Part shown: one piece after another, positions 56,301 through 64,000 of the stretch | Layout: every line of letters begins with the position of its first letter | Numbering within the stretch: the first letter of the stretch is position 1 | Translations under genes and position numbers: made by a program | DNA from: Haplodiscus bocki | Lineage: Eukaryota | NCBI GenBank assembly: GCA_965655095.1 | Contig: OZ296648.1 | Span: 104,346,001-104,410,000 of the forward strand | Reading direction: 5' to 3' | Length of the DNA stretch: 64,000 nucleotides | Notes under the pieces: generated by a model | The model's input: the letters and a program-made list of their open reading frames with translations, nothing else | Databases searched by the model: none | What the model was told of the DNA's origin: nothing

Positions 56301-59300
56301 TTGAATACAATACCATCTCTTTCAATATTTAGAAACAACATTCAATTTTATTGAAAAAAAAACATATTGGCAAACGAAATATGTTCTATAAACAATACAT
56401 TTATGTTTCAAACCTGAAGAACTTTAACAACTCTCAATCATTGATGACCACACTGACGAAAAGCATACACACTTGGCTGCTCCAAACGGATAACACATTT
56501 TTGATTAAAAACTGCTAAAACTTCATTCGCTCCATAAAACTTTCTTCATCTGCACTGTCCGAATTCTCCTCAGAATTATTATCTTTAGCATCTATCGCAC
56601 AATATGAAAGTATTTTTTCTATTTTCACAAATGAAAATTTTCAAAATTTTGATACATGATAATCATAAGGATCAAAAGAATTATCTGTTGTTTTCAACAT
56701 TGTGCCTTCTTCAAAGTTATGTTTTCGATAAAATCAAAAAGATTAAATGAAAATTATGTATTAGTTTCTCCGATAGCTATTGGATATGATGTCATACTAG
56801 TGCCCATATTAAATATGCAATTTAATTTTTTTCCTTCTCTGATGAAAGTGTAAAAACCATACCATGAAAAATGCATCCATTTACTTTCAGTCTCTTTGCG
56901 ACCCTAATTCAACCAAAATGGTATTTCCATCAAAACAAGGATCGTCAAGAGCACCTGAAAAGTCTGTCATATATACAAAATTGACTTTTATTCTCATTAT
57001 CGATTGTTACTAGACAACGACCAAAAAATGATGTTAAAATACGTATAATTTAGATTTTTTTACCGTAGGTCTAAATTATAGTTGTATTTAAATATTTCAA
57101 TGAGCTCTGATAACTTTATATCAAATACTTTTCTTTAAAACAGACATCAAAATCAGGAAATCATGACGCTAATTTGATATTATGACAATATAAACTAGAT
57201 TTAAGGTCTCGATTTATTGAGGCCAAATCTGACAATTCACAATCAACCAAAAAAACAAATAGCATAACAATTAGGTTAATCAATTGGTACATTCACAAGA
57301 TCAAATCAACATCTCTAGTCCTTACAACAGAAAGAATACCAAAAGAAGAAATATCAACACCCAAGAATCTTCTGTGAACACAACTCAAAGTAAAGGTGGT
57401 AAAGGTGAGAATAGTTTTTCTGCTAAAAAACTAATGATAAAGGTTTTAATAAAAACTAAATGACGGAAGTTACAGAAACAACTAAAAACAATCTAAAAAC
57501 ACAAAAAATATAGAACTTATTGTTAATATATATTCAGATAAAGCCTAGAGAACACAATCTCAAATATGGCAAAAGGCTTTAATCCAAAGAAGAATTTATG
57601 AACAAACAATAGAAATAAAGGTGAGACTATTGAAGATTTGGATAAAGAATTGAACTTATAGACAATAAATTTAAGATTTAGCTGATAAAAAAGGAATTTC
57701 AGATGAGCGAATTAGAAAAGATATCGCACGACCCAACGAACGTTCAACTTTTGAAGTACGATGAATTCACTTCAGATCGAAGACAAATTTTTTAATGATT
57801 AAGAAGTACATTTTATATTCCAGGATTGAAAATGGATAAAATTGATACTTATTGCAATAAATTACCAAAAACTAGTATTTTCGACGCTTTGGAACTTCTC
57901 GTCTCTTTCCAGGCGACGAATAGTCGGCTGGTCTCATTTGTCAGAGAGGAGTAGTAGAGAAAAATACGCATTTTTGAGCCTTGTTCTAAAATCCGGTTTT
58001 TTCGAGTAATACTACATCACTAAAAGTTACGCAAAAAATTCCTTCAAAAATATACGCACCATAAAATAAGTAAAAAATATGCTTTTACTCAATCACAAAA
58101 CGTTCTTCCGTAAAAGCATGGTTTTCAAAACTTATTTTGTAATTGGTATATTGTTGGAAGATATTTTTTAATGCACAAAAAATTACTTTTTTTCATCAAT
58201 AAAATCATACACATACTTTACAGCAGTGGGAAAAAGACGATAAATTCGCTGTACTTCATGCTGGAGTATTTTGCACGAAAAAACTTTACTGACCAACTCT
58301 ATCTAACATTCCTGGTGAAGAACGTAATTTAATACGTTGTGTACAGATTCTCTGGTGCAACCATCTTTTCCCCTCCCGATGGAATACACCAGCGAATCTC
58401 AGCTCATTCACCACAACTGTCTGCTTGTGAGATGGTGGATAGGCTGACTAGGCCTTTCAGGTGACATAAACCGGTCGAAAAACCATAATTTGGCCCAAAC
58501 CAGTATCAACCGAATCATTTCAGCTAAAAACAGCTTTCTAATTTTTTCATCGATTTTGGTAGAAACAAAAGTTTTTACCACATTGTAACTGTTTAAAAAT
58601 GAATTAACAAGCAAATGAATGGCAAAATTTTGATTTCTTTTCAACTTTTAAAAGTGAGATTTTTCAATAAAATGTAAAATTACAAAAACATCATTGCATG
58701 TAAATTTATTATTGGCGGGAGGGGGAGGGATTTTTCGGAAGGACTGATTTTTCGAATACAGTTTTGTCTAAATTATTTTCCGCGTACTCACAAATCAGCA
58801 TTTAAGTGAAGATTTGTGTGTAGCAGGAACATTTTACAAAAATAAAAATATGATGATGGACTTGGATTTTTTCAATTCAGTGAAACAGAAGCAAGGGGAA
58901 CGGTTCGCTGTTCTAAAAAAATTTAATACTTGTATATAAAAGTTCCGTTGTCAAAAAAAGTCAAACAATTTTCCGTTTAAGAATTAATATTTTACATACA
59001 ATGCAAAAATATTAGGAGGTGAATTACTTTAACCTAAGTGACTTCTAGCATTTTCATATTGATCTCCTGTACTTTCAGATTTCTTATTTTCCTTTTCAAC
59101 ATGAATATCACCAAATTTACAGAAAAAAAAGGTTTTCCTTACAAGTCTAAAAACGTTTACAAAATTATCTTTAGATAAAACATGACAAGCCAGAGGTGGA
59201 TTAATAACAACTTCGTCAACAAGGCTACAAAACAAACTTCTCATATTACTTTTTCCAACACTTTTTTAATTAAAAATAATTCCAATATCATTATATTTTT

Positions 59301-59439
59301 CCTCTAAATTTCTGATTAGGAGTTAGATTCCCTTCTATATTAGAATCTAATATAATTTTCTGAATACAATACCATCTCTTTGAATATTTAGAAACAACAT
59401 TCAATTTTATTGAAAAAAAAACATATTGGCAAACGAAAC

Positions 59440-59560
59440 ATGTTCTACAAACAATACATCTCCGTTCCAAACCTAAAGAAGTGTAACAACTCTCATAAAC
59501 TCAATGATGACCACATTGACAAAAAGCATAAACACTTGGCTGCTCTAAACACAATTTTGG
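59440..59560 (-). pseudogene. Best-preserved RING finger remnant (divergent unit 17)
   Basis: Reads CLEQPSVYAFCQCGHH*VYESCYTSLGLERRCIVCRT in one frame. Confidence 0.7.
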
Positions 59561-62500
59561 TTAATAAGTTTTACAATTTCATTCCTTCCATCAAAACTTT
59601 CTTCATTTGCACTGTTCGAATTCTCCTCAGAACTATTGTCATCATTATCATCTATCACAAAAGATGGATGTACCTTTTGTCTATTTTCATGAGCGAAAAA
59701 TTTCCACATTTTGATACATGATAATCATAAGGATCAAAAGAATTATCTGTTGTTTTCAACATTGTGCCTTCTTCAAAGTTATGTTTTCTATAAAATCAAA
59801 AAAATTAAATGAAAAAAATGTATTAGTTTCTCCAATAGCTATTGGATATGATTTCATACTAGTGCCCATACTAAATATGCAATTTAATTTTTTTCCTTCT
59901 CTGATGAAAGTGTAAAAACCATACCCTGAAAAATGCATCCATTTACTTTCAGTCTCTTTGCGACCCTAATTCAAGCAAAATGGTAGTTCCATCAAAACAA
60001 GGATCGTCAAGAGCACCTGAAAAGTCTGTCATATAACAAAAATGACTTTTATTCTCATTATCATTGTTACTAGACAACGACTAAAAAATGATGTTAAAAT
60101 ACATATAATTTAGATTTTTTAAACGTAGGTCTAAATTACAGTTGTATTTATATATTTCAATGAGCTCTGACAACGTTATATCAAATATTTTTCTTTAAAA
60201 CAGACATCAAAAACAGGAAATCATGACGCTAATTCGATATTTTGACAACATAAACTAGATTTAAGGTCTCGATTTATTAGGACCAAATCTGACAATTCAC
60301 AATCAACCAAAAAACAAATAGCATAACAATTAGGTTAATCAATTGGTACATTCACAAGATCAAATCAACATCTCTAGTCCTTACAACAGAAAGAATACCA
60401 AAGGAAGAAATATCAACACCCAAGAATCTTTTGAGAACACAACTCAAATAAAAGGTGGTAGAGGTTAGAATAGTTTTTCTGCTATAAAATTAATTGATAA
60501 AGGTTTTAATAGAAACTAAATGACGGAAGTTACAGAAACAATTGAAAACAATCTAAAAACACAAAAAATATAGAACTTATTGTTAATATATATTCAGATA
60601 AAGCCTAGAGAACACAATCTCAAATATGGCAAAAGGCTTTAATCCAAAGAAGAATTTATGAACAAGCAATAGAAATAAAGGGTGAGACTATTGAAGATTT
60701 GGATAAAGAATTGAACTTATAGACAATAAATTTAAGATTTAGCTGATAAAAAAGGAATTTCAGATGAGCGAATTAGAAAAGATATCGCACGACCCAACGA
60801 ACGTTCAACTTTTGAAGTACGATGAATTCACTTCAGATCGATGACATATTTTTTAATGATTAAGAAGTATATTTTATATTCCAGGATTGAAAATGGATAA
60901 AATTGATACACTTATTGCAATAAATTACCAAAAACTAGTATTTTCGACGCTTTGGAATTTCTCGTCTCTTTCGAGGCGACGAATAGTCGGCTGGCCTCAT
61001 TTGTCAGAGAGGAGTAGTAGAGAAAAATACGGATTTTTGAGCCTTGTTCTAAAATCCGGTTTTTTCGAGTAATACTACCTCAGTAAAAATTACGCAAAAA
61101 AAATCCTTCAAAAATATACGCACCATAAAACAAGTAAAAAATATGCTTATACTGAATCACAAAACGTTCTTTCGTAAAAGCATGGTTTTTTTAAACTTAT
61201 TTTCTAATGGGTATATTGTTAAAAGATAATTTTAATGCACAAAAATTTACTTTTTTTCATCAATAAAATCATACACATACTTTACAGCAGTGGGATAAAG
61301 ACATATTTTCTGTGTACTTCATGCTGGATTACTTTGCATGCAAGCACATTACTGGCCAATTCTATCGAACATTCCTGGTGAAGAACGTAATTTGATACGT
61401 TGTGTACAGATTCTCTGGTGCACCATCTTTTCCCCTCCGGATGGCATACACCAGCGAATCTGAGCTAATGCACCATAACTATCTGCTTGTGAGATGGGGG
61501 ATAGGCTTACTAGACCTTTCAGGTGACATTAACCAGTCGAAAATCCATAATTTGGCCTAAACCAGTATCAGTGTTTTTTTCATCACATTGTCACAGTTGA
61601 CAAACAAATGAATAAATTTTATTTTTACTTTTTTCAACTTTAAAATGTGAGATTTTTCAATTGACTCAATTGTAAAGTTACAAAAACATCACTGCATGTC
61701 AATTTATTCCTGGGTCAGGACTGATTTTTCGGAAGGATTGATTTTCAAAATACAATTTTGAGTAATTTCTTTGCCGCGTACTCACAAATCAGCAATTAGT
61801 TGAAGATTTGCGAGCGGCAGGAAAAGTGTAAAAAAAAGATGATGATAGACTTCGATTTTCTTTTCAATTCAGTGAAATAGGAGCAGTGCGAACGGTTTGT
61901 TGTTCTACAAAAATTTATTATTTTTATATAAATTTTCCATTTTCAAAAAAAGTCCATCAATTTTCCGTTTATGAATTAAAATTTTACATTCAATGCAAAA
62001 ATATTAGGAGGTGAAATACTTTAACCTAAGTGACTTTCAGCATTTTCATAATGATTTCGTGTACTTGCGGATTTTTTATTTTCCTGTTCAACATAAATAT
62101 CACAAAATTTACAGAAATAAAAGGTTTTCCTTACAAGTCTAAAAAGGTTTACAAAATTATCTTTAGATAAAACATGACAAGCCAGAGGTGGATTAAAAAC
62201 AACTTGGTCAACAACGCTACAAAACAAACTTCTCATATTACTTTTTCCAACACTTTTTTTTAAATAAAAAAAATTCCAATATCATTATATTTTGAAATTT
62301 TTCCTCTAAATTTCTGATTAGGAGTTAGATTCCCTTCTATATTAGAATCCAATATAGTTTTTTGAATACAATACCATCTCTTTCAATATTTAGAAACAAC
62401 ATTCAATTTTATTGAAAAAAAAACATATTGGCAAACGAAATATGTTCTATAAACAATACATTTATGTTTCAAACCTGAAGAACAACTCTCAATCATTGAT

Positions 62501-64000
62501 GACTACACTGACGAAAAGCATACACACTTGGCTGCTCCAAACGGATAACACATTTTTGATTAAAAACTGCTAAAACTTCATTCGCTCCATAAAACTTTCT
62601 TCATCTGCACTGTCCGAATTCTCCTCAGAATTATTGTTATCTTTAGCATCTATCGCACAATATGAAAGTATTTTTTCTATTTTCACAAATGAAAATTTTC
62701 AACATTTTGATACATGATAATCATAAGGATCAAAAGAATTATCTGTTGTTTTCAACATTGTGCCTTCTTCAAAGTTATGTTTTCGATAAAATCAAAAAGA
62801 TTAAATGAAAAATATGTATTAGTTTCTCCGATAGCTATTGGATATGATGTCATACTAGTGCCCATATTAAATATGCAATTTAATTTTTTTCCTTCTCTGA
62901 TGAAAGTATAAAAACCATACCATGAAAAATGCATCCATTTACTTTCAGTCTCTTTGCGACCCTAATTCAAGCAAAATGGTATTTCCATCAAAACAAGGAT
63001 CGTCAAGAGCACCTGAAAAGTCTGTCATATAACAAAAATGACTTTTATTCTCATTATCGATTGTTACTAGACAACGACTAAAAAATGATGTTAAAATACA
63101 TATAATTTAGATTTTTTAAACGTAGGTCTAAATTACAGTTGTATTTATATATTTCAATGAGCTCTGACAACGTTATATCAAATAATTTTCTTTAAAACAG
63201 ACATCAAAAACAGGAAATCATGACGCTAATTCGATATTATGACAATATAAACTAGATTTAAGGTCTCGATTTATTAGGACCAAATCTGACAATTCACAAT
63301 CAACCAAAAAACAAATAGCATAACAATTAGGTTAATCAATTGGTACATTCACAAGATCAAATCAACATCTCTAGTCCTTACAACAGAAAGAATACCAAAA
63401 GAAGAAATATCAACACCCAAGAATCTTTTGAGAACACAACTCAAAGTAAAGGTGGTAAAGGTTAGAATAGTTTTTCTGCTAAAAAATTAATTGATAAAGG
63501 TTTTGATAGAAACTAAATGACGGAAGTTACAGAAACAATTAAAAACAATCTAAAAACACAAAAAAAATAGAACTTATTCTTAATATATATTCAGATAAAG
63601 CCTAGAGAACACAATCTCAAATATGGCAAAAGGCTTTAATCCAAAGAAGAATTTATGAACAAGCAAAAGAAATAAAGGGTGAGACTATTGAAGATTTGGA
63701 TAAAGAATTGAATTTATAGACAATAAACTTAAGATTTAGCTGATGAAAAAAGAATTTCAGATGAGCAAATTAGAAAAGATATCGCACGACCCAACGAACG
63801 TTCAACTTTTGAAGTACGATGAATTCACTTCAGATCGAAGACAAATTTTTTAATGATTAAGAAGTACATTTTATATTCCAGGATTGAAAATGGATAAAAT
63901 TGATACTTATTGCAATAAATTACCAAAAACTAGTATTTTCGACGCTTTGGAACTTCTCGTCTCTCCAGGCGACGAATAGTCGGCTGGTCTCATTTGTCAG

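Larger units (their letters stand above)
8577..64000. repeat. Tandem macrosatellite, ~3.08-kb unit, 18 full copies plus a partial 19th (continues beyond window)
   Basis: Unit-start motif CACGAC(C/T)CAAC(G/A)AACGTTCAACTTTTGAAGT read at 8577, 11658, 14732, 17813, 20900, 23983, 27064, 30148, 33232, 36317, 39400, 42504, 45580, 48650, 51724, 54725, 57727, 60788, 63785. Unit lengths are 2997-3104 bp. The ORF track repeats with the same period (the MKM(D/N)K ORF, where listed, starts 99 bp after a unit start). Confidence 0.99.

Noticed and set aside
58365-58405. RFAGVFHREG on the minus strand resembling the start of a Link domain
   Set aside because: No following cysteine pattern, the frame has stops, and it is present only in unit 17. 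Likely chance.
9105-62934. Repeated 60-100 aa ORFs (MLDYFACK, MIIIRIKR, MKMDKID, MILELFLF, MRPNLTIH) as a tandem gene family
   Set aside because: They are short and several start at TTG. Most are frameshifted or lost in some units, and MIIIRIKR is the antisense shadow of the dead viral gene. Their recurrence reflects DNA identity, not coding constraint.
8577-64000. rDNA, 5S, histone or snRNA tandem cluster; CRISPR array
   Set aside because: No recognisable rRNA, histone or U1/U2/U4/U5/U6 sequence, and no short repeat-unique spacer structure or cas genes.

Overview
Very AT-rich eukaryotic-type DNA (probably an invertebrate animal; inference) with no intact protein-coding gene that I can support. 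About 1.5-7.06 kb is a decayed Polinton/Maverick (adintovirus-like) endogenous virus. It holds two overlapping minus-strand remnants of a protein-primed family-B DNA polymerase flanking a plus-strand remnant of the major capsid gene and its upstream conserved ORF. About 7.07-8.58 kb holds nested non-autonomous transposon-like repeats, including a 921-bp palindromic (foldback) element. From 8577 to the end is a head-to-tail macrosatellite of 18 complete ~3.0-3.1 kb units plus a partial 19th. Each unit is a chimera of a transposon-like segment with a ~100-140 nt hairpin, a GC-richer island with a 56-nt hairpin, and ~1.85 kb of dead viral genes (a giant-virus-like domain fused to a C3HC4 RING finger, and an HTH protein). 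The array records its own history: a divergent left edge, out-of-phase duplications, a 75-bp deletion lineage, one divergent 'relic' unit and an emerging ~6.06-kb dimer at the right end. All protein-family calls come from manual translation and motif recall, not database searches.
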